In this document: in pieces, positions 51,805 through 61,638 of the stretch
Position numbering within the stretch: the first letter of the stretch is position 1
How the letters are laid out: the number at the start of each line of letters is the position of its first letter
Assembly: GCA_044356215.1 (NCBI GenBank)
Contig: JBIKWQ010000006.1
Coordinates: forward strand, 1-64,000
Direction of reading: 5' to 3'
Origin: Bdellovibrionota bacterium
Lineage (GTDB): Bacteria > Bdellovibrionota_C > UBA2361 > OMII01
Length of the DNA stretch: 64,000 nt
Translations under genes and position numbers: made by a program
The notes under the pieces: generated by a model
What the model was told of the DNA's origin: nothing
Databases searched by the model: none
What the model saw: the letters and a program-made list of their open reading frames with translations, nothing else

Positions 51805-51972
51805 GAGCAGCTCAAGATCCGCTTTCGCAGTAGGGAGGGGTTTTGTCGGCCTTCCTTAAGTAGGTACAATACTTTTACAAATCTATAACCGCCCCGTGAC
51901 AACTGGCTGGTTTTAATGTGTCACACTCCTCTGCGTTGACAACGATTGTTGTTACTTTTTTTGGAGTATGAA

Positions 51973-52128
51973 ATGGACACAGCGGTAAACACAGATATTC
52001 AGAACGATTCAGAGTTAGCTAAGAACAGAACGCTTAAGGCGCTATTTCAAGTGATCTGCGCCGACAACGAGTTTACACTTTTGCGCCAAACACTTGAGCT
52101 GTACTGCGAGGAGATCGCCGTACAGTAA
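51973..52128 (+). CDS. Small hypothetical protein (51 aa)
   Basis: ggag RBS before ATG; downstream hairpins. Confidence 0.45.
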   Translation: MDTAVNTDIQNDSELAKNRTLKALFQVICADNEFTLLRQTLELYCEEIAVQ

Positions 52129-52189
52129 CTAAAGGCACCTCCTACTAGGGGGTGACAGGAATAAGATGCGCGATAGATTTTCGCGCCTA

Positions 52190-52786
52190 TTACTTGAGAA
52201 TAACAACCTCAACTCGGCGGTTCTGCCGTCGGCCTAAATCTGTTCTGTTAGTGGCGATCGGAGTTGTTTCGCCGAAAGCCACGACTGAGATTAGGTTAAG
52301 TGGTATCCCATTTATCTGAAGTGCCCCTGCTACCTGCTCGGCGCGTGATTTCGATAAGTGATAGTTGTATTCGATATTGCCGACAGAATCTGTGTGACCC
52401 TCGACTGAGAGGCTCCTTGAGGGTGCTCGCTGAAGGATCTGGGAGATCTCAGAGATTATCTCTTGGGCTCTCTTAGTTAACTCAGCTCTGCCAGACGCGA
52501 AGAGTACATCTGGAAGATTTATAACAACGCCCCTATCTGACTCTCTGACATCTATACCACGTTGACGTAGCTCATCTATCAATCTGAGGTTCTCTTCAGA
52601 GAGCGGCTCTTCCCTGTTGGACTTTACCGTCTCAGACCCTTCCGCTGGAGCTGCACTCTCACTCCTACCCGAAGACTTATATTGAGCAGGTTCGCGGGGC
52701 GCTTTCGACACGCAGCCGCTTAACTGCATTGACATCACTAAAAAAACGCCAGTTACAAGGAGTCCAGCATTAGAAATGAACTTCAT
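52190..52786 (-). CDS. OmpA-family peptidoglycan-binding lipoprotein
   Basis: Lipobox LSGC, VLF, VEGHTD, LSKSRA, NRRVE. Confidence 0.92.
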   Translation of the reverse strand: MKFISNAGLLVTGVFLVMSMQLSGCVSKAPREPAQYKSSGRSESAAPAEGSETVKSNREEPLSEENLRLIDELRQRGIDVRESDRGVVINLPDVLFASGRAELTKRAQEIISEISQILQRAPSRSLSVEGHTDSVGNIEYNYHLSKSRAEQVAGALQINGIPLNLISVVAFGETTPIATNRTDLGRRQNRRVEVVILK

Positions 52787-53879
52787 CTTTCAGCAGCGCT
52801 CCTAGCTCTTTTTTGGCGGCGCTGAAAGATGGATCGATCGACAGCGCCTGTTGGAACTCCCCCTCCGCGTCTTTGGTTCTCTGCATCGACGCGTATACCT
52901 TACCTAGCTCGTGATGCAGCGGCGCGCTATTCGGACACAGCCTTAGCGCCCGCCTGAGGTGAAAGAGTTTATCTGAGTTATCACTCGCCTCCACCGCCAA
53001 GTCACGTTCGGCCAAGGCAGCCTTGCACTCCTTAGATTGAGTATTAGTCGCTGGCGCGGCGGTAACTTTAGCGGTGGCCTCGGGCGCGCCGGCCCGCGTG
53101 GGCAGATCGCTCTCACTTAAACTACTCGCGCTATTTGACTTAGTCGCTGGCTTACTTAGTGTCTCAGTAGGCGCGAGCACAACACCTTTCGTCGCGCTTT
53201 TCTCCCCCGCGTCGGTTCCGATATCGTATCGGGCCAACTGTTTGCTCTCTTCCTTCGATGCGCGCGCCTCTGTCAACGCGTCGGGCAGCTTCTCTTTAGG
53301 AGGAGCTACGTACTTAACCGCTTGGGGTTTTTCTAGCTTCGGAGTACCTGCGCTCTTAGAATAGACGGGATAGCTGTAGACTTGAGCGCCTCCTCCCGGA
53401 TTGGGGCCACGTTGTCTTAACTTGGCTCTCTGTCTAGCCACTTCTGGAGATTCGGGATCTGTTGTTGTGCCTTTGAAGCGATACCGCGGAGTATCAGATA
53501 CCGTGGTTGAGTTTAACGCGTACGAATCATCTCCGCGAATTACGCGCAGCTCGTTTATCTCGTTTCTTTGAGCTTTGATTATCTGCTCTTGACGCTTGAT
53601 AGCTTCATCTTGCGCGGTATTTTTCTCCTGCTCAGCTTGTAGCGCGTTGCCAACTAAAGCGCCAACAGCGGCGCCTGCTCCGGCGCCAATAGCCAAACCA
53701 CTTCCAGCGTTACCACTCTGGTTACCAATTATCGCCCCAAGCCCAGCTCCGACAACTCCACCGACCCCAGAGCCAACCGCTGTGGTCTGGCGTGGCTTAA
53801 CACAACCGGTGGAGATAAAAACTAATGCCAATGCTACAGGGATGATTCGCTTGCTTGTCACTGGATCTCGTCTTGTCAT
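52770..53879 (-). CDS. Glycine-zipper lipoprotein with C-terminal TPR
   Basis: Lipobox STGC, GGVVGAGLGAIIG, TPR LHHELGKVY...FQQALSIDP. Confidence 0.8.
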   Translation of the reverse strand: MTRRDPVTSKRIIPVALALVFISTGCVKPRQTTAVGSGVGGVVGAGLGAIIGNQSGNAGSGLAIGAGAGAAVGALVGNALQAEQEKNTAQDEAIKRQEQIIKAQRNEINELRVIRGDDSYALNSTTVSDTPRYRFKGTTTDPESPEVARQRAKLRQRGPNPGGGAQVYSYPVYSKSAGTPKLEKPQAVKYVAPPKEKLPDALTEARASKEESKQLARYDIGTDAGEKSATKGVVLAPTETLSKPATKSNSASSLSESDLPTRAGAPEATAKVTAAPATNTQSKECKAALAERDLAVEASDNSDKLFHLRRALRLCPNSAPLHHELGKVYASMQRTKDAEGEFQQALSIDPSFSAAKKELGALLKDEVHF

Positions 53880-53893
53880 CTTTCCGCTCCCTG

Positions 53894-54277
53894 TTAGCCC
53901 TCTTTCTCAGCTAGTTTAGGGTAGCGAGATTTAAAGTAATCGTCGTGGTATTTTTGGCGACGCAGATCTTGCAACTCGCGCTCCTGCTTCTGACGCTCAA
54001 GCTCCTGACGCTTGATAAAAGCGTCCTGCTGTTTGGTAGCGTCCTCAGCGTCATCACGCACATCACCGATCGCCGCTCCTGATAACGCGCCGACCGCGGC
54101 ACCTACAGCGGCACCGGTTCCGGTGTTGCCAGAAGCGCTCCCGATCGCCGCTCCTGCTCCACCGCCTACGACTGTGCCGGCGACAGCGCCTGTAGTTGTG
54201 TAATTATTTCTGGGGACACAGCCAACTGAAGATATAGCGATCACTGAGAGTAAAGCAACTTTGAAGTTCGTGAACAT
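53894..54277 (-). CDS. Glycine-zipper lipoprotein
   Basis: Lipobox SVGC, GAVAGTVVGGGAGAAIG, coiled-coil tail. Confidence 0.8.
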   Translation of the reverse strand: MFTNFKVALLSVIAISSVGCVPRNNYTTTGAVAGTVVGGGAGAAIGSASGNTGTGAAVGAAVGALSGAAIGDVRDDAEDATKQQDAFIKRQELERQKQERELQDLRRQKYHDDYFKSRYPKLAEKEG

Positions 54278-54363
54278 AGGAACGATTCCTGATTTCTAAA
54301 TTTTAGCTACCGCGCCAATTATAGCACACGCGTATCTCTAAGCCTAAAACCGGCGGTGCCGCC

Positions 54364-54526
54364 TAGGGCATCGCAGTTCTTTATCACCACAGAGGACGCA
54401 GAGGACACAGAGAACGGCCATTTTATGGGCAATTATGGGGTTTTCTCTGTGTCCTCTGCGTCCTCTGTGGTAAAAAATATTTTACTAATTGTCTCTGCAA
54501 CTTACCAAAAACACTGCGACGCCCTG
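54364..54526 (+). mobile_element. MITE-like palindromic element, copy 2
   Basis: Termini tagggcatcgcagt / actgcgacgccctg; perfect 29-bp internal inverted repeat. Confidence 0.85.
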
Positions 54527-54593
54527 GGTGCCGCCCGTTTCAGATGATTGTACGGAGAGTTTGGATTATCGGCAATAAATATCGTTACGTACT

Positions 54594-55748
54594 CTATACC
54601 TCCCGCTTAAGAAGCAGGAGAGTTACATCGTCTTTTAGAAGCCGCTCCTCCAGGAAATCAGCCAGCGCGTCGATGATGCGCTCGACCATCTTGCCAGCCG
54701 AGAGCTCCTCTGGAATCTCCGATATCACCTGACACAAACGCTCTAAGCTAAATTGTTCCATGCCGGGATTCTGAGCCTCAGTCAAACCATCTGTATATAG
54801 AATTAATAGGTCTCCTGGGAGCATCTTAGCCTTAACTAATTCATAAGGCTCTCCCGACACGAAACCGATAGGGAACCCCTCTCCGTACAACTGCTCAACC
54901 CGCCCGCTACCGCGGCGCCGGAGAAGCGCCGGCCCATGACCAGCTCGCGCCCACGACACATCTCCTGAATCAGGTTTGTAAAGAAGGTGTCCGGTTGTGA
55001 TGAATCGGCCAGTTGGTAGCTGTGGTTGCAAGTAGAAGCTCATCTTCTCAAGCAATTTATCTGGTTCTAAACCTTGCGCCGCTACCATCGCCAGCTTCGC
55101 CATACTAGCTAAGAAAGCGGCGGGCAGGCCATGCCCAGAAACATCCGCTATATGCAGTTCTAGCGCTGAGCGATCCTCACTTAAATCGCAGAAATACCAG
55201 TCGCCTCCGACCTCCTCAAGTGGATGATAAGACACCGCCAATTGAAACCGGGGATCCTTTGGTAACGTTCTCGGCAAGAGGCTACGCTGAATCTCGCGCG
55301 CTTCATCGAGATCTTTTTTAAATCTGGTGTTGTAATCGCGCAGAGCCAGATTCATCTCGGCCAGCGATCCCTGCGCGTCATCCGCTCCCGCTGTCTTTCT
55401 TAAGCGTAGCTGTGTGGCTATTCGGCTGGCTAGTGTACCGACTGAGGATGACGCTGGGACGAGCTCGATCCGATCTACCTTTGATAATTGATCCAGAGAT
55501 CGCCCATCTTCTGGCGCGAGACAAACGATCGGGATGCCCTTGGTGTTCTCGTGCGACCGAAAGAACGCGCAGAGATCCAATGTATCACTTGAAACACGAC
55601 CATCGATTAGAATGATATCGGGTGGTCTCTGAGATACAACCTCAGAGATAGTTTGATCCTCGTTAACCCCGAGCACCGCGTATCCCAACCTCTGAAAGAA
55701 CGATGGAATCTGATTAGTATCGTCCCCTAAAAAGAAAATGGTATCCAT
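54594..55748 (-). CDS. Receiver domain + PP2C/SpoIIE phosphatase (RsbU-like)
   Basis: PDIILID; EAREIQRSLLP, VGGDWY, ADVSGHG, AGH, YTDGLTEA, DDVTLL. Confidence 0.92.
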   Translation of the reverse strand: MDTIFFLGDDTNQIPSFFQRLGYAVLGVNEDQTISEVVSQRPPDIILIDGRVSSDTLDLCAFFRSHENTKGIPIVCLAPEDGRSLDQLSKVDRIELVPASSSVGTLASRIATQLRLRKTAGADDAQGSLAEMNLALRDYNTRFKKDLDEAREIQRSLLPRTLPKDPRFQLAVSYHPLEEVGGDWYFCDLSEDRSALELHIADVSGHGLPAAFLASMAKLAMVAAQGLEPDKLLEKMSFYLQPQLPTGRFITTGHLLYKPDSGDVSWARAGHGPALLRRRGSGRVEQLYGEGFPIGFVSGEPYELVKAKMLPGDLLILYTDGLTEAQNPGMEQFSLERLCQVISEIPEELSAGKMVERIIDALADFLEERLLKDDVTLLLLKREV

Positions 55749-55820
55749 TAGTGATCAAGCCCCTCCTTCCAGTCTATCGGCGAGATCCATTTAGATATTT
55801 AGGGAGTTATGATCAGAGGG

Positions 55821-57017
55821 CTAGACTGCGCGCTCATCTACTTGATCTGACTTAGTTTTAAACTGTAACATCTCCGGGGATATGGCCAAAAGTGGCTGCG
55901 CTTGGTACCACAGCCAGAGGTTGTCTAGTCCTTTTAATGCGGCTGCGGTCTTTGCCGAGGAAAAGGTTAAAAAGAGGGTCTGCGGAGCGCCATCTTTCGA
56001 TGTCAATGACCCGATAAATCCGCTTCCCTCCGAGGTCAGAGACACCGAAGTTAATGAATTAACGGCCGCGAAACCGGTCTGTGTCTTTACTGAGAATCCA
56101 ACTGGATGGAATCCTCTGAACAGATACTCGCGGTCCTCAACCTCCAACTCCAACTTTAGCGAGTAGTCACTCACCTCCACGTTCTTAATCGCAACACGCG
56201 CCACTGGAGGTTCGCTCAACTGACGTCCGAGATTCGCTATCATAAGGGTCAAGGCTAAAAGCGATACTCCCAATCCAAAACGTGGAGTCAGATACCTAGC
56301 TAGTCTCGCCCCCCCTTGGGCCTGCAACGTCGATAACCTCTCTGACCTGTAAGGTGTCAACCCCGCGGCGCGCCACTCACCATCACCGAACGCCGTCAGG
56401 GCGTAACCGATCGCTGTATAGGTACTTAAGATCCAGAAAACGCACTCTGAGGCCGACGCCAAGCTCATCCACATAACTGACCTGCCACTCGGGCTTGGTA
56501 GTGTAAGAAGCGCGGTTAACAACATCGTAAAACCGCATGGGGCCACAAGGGTCTTAAGCGCGGCAGTGCCATCAGATTTGGCGATAGCAACAGCCCGAGC
56601 CAAACTCGGCCCTGGGGACAACCCCATGAAGGCGACTACCGCGAAATAAAAATAAACTCGCAGCGACCAGACTATTCCCAAAGTTCCCAGCAGGACGAAT
56701 AAAAAAGTGCTTCCTCCCCCTGGATTGAGGGCAAATCCAATAAACGGCACGATCAATAGAAACGAAGAAGCGATACTTACCGGTGCGATGCGCGCGGCTA
56801 GTTTCAAGCCACTAGCCGAGCTGGCGGGCTGCGCCTGCAACCGCTTGCGCCACCGAGCGGCGATAAAAGTCACCAGAAGGATCTGCAAAACCCGATCAAC
56901 TACCGCGATTATACTCCAGCTTGACGTGTCATAACTCCTCAGGGTCAGATCCAGCGCCAGGGATAATGAGAGAAAGAGCGCCAGAGGAACGAGGATTAGA
57001 CGGTCGTTCCACAGCAT
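55821..57017 (-). CDS. Hypothetical membrane protein
   Basis: About 7 TM segments followed by a soluble C-terminal domain. Confidence 0.65.
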   Translation of the reverse strand: MLWNDRLILVPLALFLSLSLALDLTLRSYDTSSWSIIAVVDRVLQILLVTFIAARWRKRLQAQPASSASGLKLAARIAPVSIASSFLLIVPFIGFALNPGGGSTFLFVLLGTLGIVWSLRVYFYFAVVAFMGLSPGPSLARAVAIAKSDGTAALKTLVAPCGFTMLLTALLTLPSPSGRSVMWMSLASASECVFWILSTYTAIGYALTAFGDGEWRAAGLTPYRSERLSTLQAQGGARLARYLTPRFGLGVSLLALTLMIANLGRQLSEPPVARVAIKNVEVSDYSLKLELEVEDREYLFRGFHPVGFSVKTQTGFAAVNSLTSVSLTSEGSGFIGSLTSKDGAPQTLFLTFSSAKTAAALKGLDNLWLWYQAQPLLAISPEMLQFKTKSDQVDERAV

Positions 57018-57052
57018 CCCCGCCGCGACTCCAAAAGGATCGTATGAAGCTC

Positions 57053-57343
57053 TTACTGTACCCAGGGCAATTCACTCTCTAGATTTTTCAGCACGTCGCG
57101 CAGGTCCACGCCAGATGGGGCGATCACAACCCCAGCATCAACTTGTCGGGCTATCTTTCCAAGAAATTTATCTTGGCCCGCGTCAGTCGAGGATACTCTG
57201 ACTTTTTTGACACGATCCGCACCGAGGAGATCAAGGTCATCCTCAAGCATCTCCTTGTCATGAGTCAGTATCACCAACCTATGACCGTTTATCCAAACGG
57301 ACGCCGGTTTTTTACCAGTATAGGGGACGAAGAAATTATCCAT
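57053..57343 (-). CDS. Hypothetical protein
   Basis: 96-aa ORF after gaggaagg RBS. Confidence 0.65.
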   Translation of the reverse strand: MDNFFVPYTGKKPASVWINGHRLVILTHDKEMLEDDLDLLGADRVKKVRVSSTDAGQDKFLGKIARQVDAGVVIAPSGVDLRDVLKNLESELPWVQ

Positions 57344-57433
57344 ACGAACACCTTCCTCTGATCTAACCACACTAAGCTAATATTTCAAGTAAAGCCTGGT
57401 TCGATAAAAGCGGCAAGTACTCAATGGGTTTTC

Positions 57434-57596
57434 CAGGGCGTCGCAGTTCTTTATCACCACAGAGGACGCAGAGGACACAGAGAACGGCCATTTTACGGGC
57501 AATTATGGAGTTTTCTCTGTGTCCTCTGCGTCCTCTGTGGTAAAAAATATTTTAGTAACTATCCCAGCAGCTTACCAAAAACACTGCAACGCCCTA
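57434..57596 (+). mobile_element. MITE-like palindromic element, copy 3
   Basis: Termini cagggcgtcgcagt / actgcaacgcccta; near-identical to copy 2. Confidence 0.85.
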
Positions 57597-57632
57597 TGGA
57601 TTTTCTAAATCGGCTATTTTGGTACCTGTCCG

Positions 57633-58004
57633 CTATCTGTGGTCAGTAACGAACTCCTCAATGAACACTCGGCACCCGGGGGAGTTGGGCTTATTCTTAC
57701 AGTCATTCTTGCGGTTCAGACAAAATGAAAGCTGCGCCTCGCGCTCAGCTCGTCTAGCTTTGTTTTTATTACCCTCAACCATGTCCGCCACCATCATATC
57801 AACATCCATAAGGCAGTTCATGTAGGCCTTGGATATCTGTTCCGGCGTGATGTATTCGCTATCAGTTTGGTTAGCTCGAACTTTTTCCCCGTTTGAACTA
57901 GGAGTCGCGATTACTGCTGGTTCAGCTTGGCAAAGCTTCGCGGCGCTTAAAACCACCACTAGCGACAGCGTAAGGCCAAGCCCAAAGGCTAAAACGGCTC
58001 TCAT
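57633..58004 (-). CDS. Small secreted Cys-rich hypothetical protein
   Basis: Signal peptide; four C-terminal cysteines. Confidence 0.65.
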   Translation of the reverse strand: MRAVLAFGLGLTLSLVVVLSAAKLCQAEPAVIATPSSNGEKVRANQTDSEYITPEQISKAYMNCLMDVDMMVADMVEGNKNKARRAEREAQLSFCLNRKNDCKNKPNSPGCRVFIEEFVTDHR

Positions 58005-58011
58005 CCCTTCC

Positions 58012-58836
58012 CTAAACCTCCTGGGCTATAGAGTCTAGATGCTTAGCTTGCGCTGGAAACTTGACTCGAGCGGCGTCCAATAATTTTTTAAAGGATTCCT
58101 TCTCTTCTCCGGTATTCAATAAGAGAACAAGGGCCGCGAGCGCATCCACCGCGACGAACTCTCCACGCTCCCCCAAAGCCGTCAACTTCTCCTTAGCTAG
58201 AGCGAGGTGCTCATCGGATTGCGCTAGCGCCTTCGCGAGCCCCAACGTGACAGTCTCGGAGATAAAGCGCTCACTTGAGCGGGAATCGGAAACAGCTTCC
58301 CAGGAGGGAACAGATCGCAAGGCGCTCTCTACCTGGGCGAAATCTTTAAAACGGCTAGCGAGCAGCCCGCGATATAACTTGGCGTAAGTATCAAAAGGGC
58401 TTGGTGATGATAACGAGTCTATCATTAAAGATAGCTTAGATCGGCTCTCCTCTATCTCTTTTGATTTAGCCTCGACCGAGGTGGAGGCTGACTTTTTCGC
58501 CGCTTCATCCTTCGCTAAAGCGAGATCAGCCTGAAGCTTCACTAACTCTTCTTGCTTATCGACCACTCCTTTGTAGGCTGACTGAACATCGGCCAGAACA
58601 CCTGTCGCGCGTGCGCGTTTGTCGAGAGCTGTCGCCGTGAAACGATTATACGCGACAATGCTGGCTCCGATCGCGACTAACAAGAGAAGAAGAGAGCGCC
58701 AATTGTTCAACACAAACCTGACGAATACGTCATTTTTTGCCGCGTCTCCGATCGCTGGATCCTCAAAAATACTCCGGCCTGTAGATGACTTCTGGTTAGC
58801 TGCTGGATTCCGATCTGACATTGGCGCTGTACTCAC
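58012..58836 (-). CDS. Single-TM helical protein (YfgM/TPR-like)
   Basis: FVLNNWR + TM + helical periplasmic region. Confidence 0.55.
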   Translation of the reverse strand: MSTAPMSDRNPAANQKSSTGRSIFEDPAIGDAAKNDVFVRFVLNNWRSLLLLLVAIGASIVAYNRFTATALDKRARATGVLADVQSAYKGVVDKQEELVKLQADLALAKDEAAKKSASTSVEAKSKEIEESRSKLSLMIDSLSSPSPFDTYAKLYRGLLASRFKDFAQVESALRSVPSWEAVSDSRSSERFISETVTLGLAKALAQSDEHLALAKEKLTALGERGEFVAVDALAALVLLLNTGEEKESFKKLLDAARVKFPAQAKHLDSIAQEV

Positions 58837-58857
58837 GTCTTAAACACCCTCTAGTAA

Positions 58858-59457
58858 TTACATCTTATATTTAAAATCTTCCGGGTCGAGCTGGCTTAGA
58901 AGCTCCTCCCACTTATCTTTGCTTACTCCAGCGAAATCTTTCTCTTGAGACTGCTCCTCTGGAGCTGACTCCTCACTCTCACTTTGCGCACCCTCTCCCT
59001 GCTCCACCGGTTGAGGCTCCATCTGCGGCAGAGGGTTGTTTGAGCCGAACGCCACCTTAGCTTGATTCAGAACCGACTGAGCTACATATATCGGCGCTGA
59101 GGCACGAAGCGCCATCGCTATCGCATCGCTTGGTCGAGAATCAAGCACCATTATCCGGTCTCCCTGCCCTAGCACAAGCTCAGCGAAGTAGGTTGATTCG
59201 CGCAGCTCTGTGATAACGACCCGTTGAACGGTCACACCAACCTCAAGCAAGAGATCAAAAAATAGATCGTGAGTAAGAGGGCGCGCCATCGTCACCTGCT
59301 TGATCGCGCTAGCGATCGACGTAGCCTCGGGGATACCGATCCAGATCGGCAAGGTTATATCTCCCGACTCATCTTTGAGTACCACTATGGGGGCCTGGGT
59401 GGCTGGGTCGAGAACTAACCCACCTACAAACATCTCTATCGCTGAATCATTTGTCAT
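58858..59457 (-). CDS. Bifunctional nuclease family (DUF151)
   Basis: PIVVLK, LPIWIG..EA, RPLTHDL, DSRPSDAIAMA, KYKM end. Confidence 0.93.
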   Translation of the reverse strand: MTNDSAIEMFVGGLVLDPATQAPIVVLKDESGDITLPIWIGIPEATSIASAIKQVTMARPLTHDLFFDLLLEVGVTVQRVVITELRESTYFAELVLGQGDRIMVLDSRPSDAIAMALRASAPIYVAQSVLNQAKVAFGSNNPLPQMEPQPVEQGEGAQSESEESAPEEQSQEKDFAGVSKDKWEELLSQLDPEDFKYKM

Positions 59458-59676
59458 GAATAATTACTTTAAAAATCACCAGTACCCGGACCGCATCGCC
59501 CACGACATACCTCCGTGATGCCAGTCCCTTTCTTAGTCTATAACTAATACAAACCAGAGTCATCACCCAAGATGACCTTAAAGGTAGCTACTCAGCAATT
59601 CCTTATGAGATGGGTAAAAACAGCGGGACAGCCCCGTTTTTCACCTCTTTCTCAAGGCCTTCCTGTTTGTGGTTAA

Positions 59677-61638
59677 TTACTCTACGACCGGGTCGCCCCA
59701 CGAAACGTGGTCATCCTGATTTTTATTGCCATTTAGCCCTTTGCCAGCGTCCTCACTAATCAGATGTAGCTCTCTAACACCAGTGATATCAAGATCGATC
59801 TTTACCGCCGCGCTCCGCGCGGTCAAGACCCCTGAGTTATAGAGCTCGCGGCCATCGCCCTCGACTCTCAGGATCACCGACGCATGCTCCGAGGAAGTTC
59901 GCTCATCATCTATACCAGCCAGCGCCTTAAATCTCTTAAATCCATCCGCAACCATAGTCACGCGCGAATTCGCGTGGGTTCCAAATCCGCTTTTAAAGAC
60001 CTCTCCTCGAATCGACAACGGGCGTCCATCCACTGAGCGATTATAGCGCAAGACGCCAAACTCCTGGCTCCACGAGAGAAGCGGTAGATCGACGGCTTTA
60101 GTAGGCTTAATGGGCATTGGCATCGATGTAGCCTCATCCGAGAATTCACTCGAATTACGCGCGCAGTTAAAATAGAAGAAATGAATCTGATCCTCTGTCA
60201 GTTTTCTCAGTACAGTCTGATCATTTCGCGTCAGGTTGTGATAGCTATTATTTCGATCATCGATATCAAAAAAACGAACTATTCGCGGTGGGCGATCTTT
60301 TTCTCCTGCAACAAGCTGATCAAAACGCTGTCGACATAGAAACCGAGAATAGTTAAGAAGCTTTTCCGTGTTGCGCTTCTCACGCAGAATCGCGTTCGAG
60401 TAATTCATTAAATAATCATAGAAGACACCTCTATACTTAACAGAGGTCACGTTCCAGTAAGCCGAGTCATCTCCCTGATCGACCCTCACAATCATAAAAC
60501 GGTTACGCATACCGCCACCATAAATCCAGCTCCAATCACTCCGTAGGTCGAAGAATTCAAAGATCGGCGCGCCCACCTTTCGAGCTAAAGACGCCACTTT
60601 TTCAGGTACCACACCCCGCGTTTGATCGCGAACGATCAGTATCAAGAAAGCTACGGTTACAATCGGACCAGACACACCAACAATTAATCGCGCTATCACC
60701 CTAACCGATCGCCATACACGCAAAAGTCGTGGGCGTAACGCGGTAAGAAGGCGCGTTAACTGCGAACTCACCGATCGATCTGAGATCCAGTCCCAGATCT
60801 CAGATGGGACGAAGAGATAGAAACCTAAAAGTGGTATAAGAGGAAAGATCCCCACATGAATCGAAAGAGCTATACCAAAATAGACGATCGTAGCTAAAGC
60901 GAGGGTCGTCGGCACAATAACACGTCTAGCGAAAGGAATAATTAGAGCTAGCGGCGCTAGCATCTCAACCAACACAACGATCGGGCTCATGATCCGCGTG
61001 ATGTAACGATTAGCTCCAAGCAGCGTTGTTATCGGATTCACATTTGTATAGTAGGTGAGATCCATGTGAAGAGCGCCATCGCTCGAAAACCACTGATCGA
61101 AATTCCTAAATTTGGCTAGCCCCGCTCCATAACTTACAGCGGCGCAGATCAGGAATAGTCCGCAGATCGCCCAATGAAAGATCCGATGATTATCTGAGCG
61201 GCGATAGTAGCGCCTAGAGAGAGGAGACCTCGGCGCCATCGACCAGGGGATAAAAAGCCCCCAAAAAAGCGCCCCTAGCATCGCCCGACACAACCCGAAA
61301 TTGTACTCATCCGATCTAAACGTAACTGAGTAAAATACCAACCAACATATAAACAGATTAGCTCTTGGAGAGATCTTGGCCGCGAATAAAAGGGAAGAGA
61401 CCACACCAACCAGTAAGACGACCTGGGCGAAGAGCGGCGAACCACTCGCCATAAGAAGAGAGAAGCGCTGAGAGCTGGTAACCCCAAGCGACATCTCGCG
61501 GGGATAAACCCCTAGGTCGCTGATTAATTCATGAGAATAGAGCGCAAAATTTAAAAATGTAAGGGCTAGTAACACCCCCCAAAGGATCCGCGTAAACGCC
61601 AGAGAACGAGGGTCAACGCGAAACACTCGATTTATCAT
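59677..61638 (-). CDS. HTTM-like membrane protein fused to an NPCBM/NEW2 carbohydrate-binding domain
   Basis: DPRSLAFTRI, SDLGVYPR, FWGLFIP, GLAK..W..G; NRSVDGRPL..GFGTHANS..GIDD..DHVSWGD. Confidence 0.8.
   Translation of the reverse strand: MINRVFRVDPRSLAFTRILWGVLLALTFLNFALYSHELISDLGVYPREMSLGVTSSQRFSLLMASGSPLFAQVVLLVGVVSSLLFAAKISPRANLFICWLVFYSVTFRSDEYNFGLCRAMLGALFWGLFIPWSMAPRSPLSRRYYRRSDNHRIFHWAICGLFLICAAVSYGAGLAKFRNFDQWFSSDGALHMDLTYYTNVNPITTLLGANRYITRIMSPIVVLVEMLAPLALIIPFARRVIVPTTLALATIVYFGIALSIHVGIFPLIPLLGFYLFVPSEIWDWISDRSVSSQLTRLLTALRPRLLRVWRSVRVIARLIVGVSGPIVTVAFLILIVRDQTRGVVPEKVASLARKVGAPIFEFFDLRSDWSWIYGGGMRNRFMIVRVDQGDDSAYWNVTSVKYRGVFYDYLMNYSNAILREKRNTEKLLNYSRFLCRQRFDQLVAGEKDRPPRIVRFFDIDDRNNSYHNLTRNDQTVLRKLTEDQIHFFYFNCARNSSEFSDEATSMPMPIKPTKAVDLPLLSWSQEFGVLRYNRSVDGRPLSIRGEVFKSGFGTHANSRVTMVADGFKRFKALAGIDDERTSSEHASVILRVEGDGRELYNSGVLTARSAAVKIDLDITGVRELHLISEDAGKGLNGNKNQDDHVSWGDPVVE

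Noticed and set aside
54356..54547. 63-aa ORF, and similar ORFs at 20155-20346 and 63508-63714
   Set aside because: Translations of the MITE-like repeat, not independent genes
59458..59560. Possible miaB TRAM-domain remnant upstream of the DUF151 gene
   Set aside because: Only a short YVVGDAVRVLV resemblance; too weak to support
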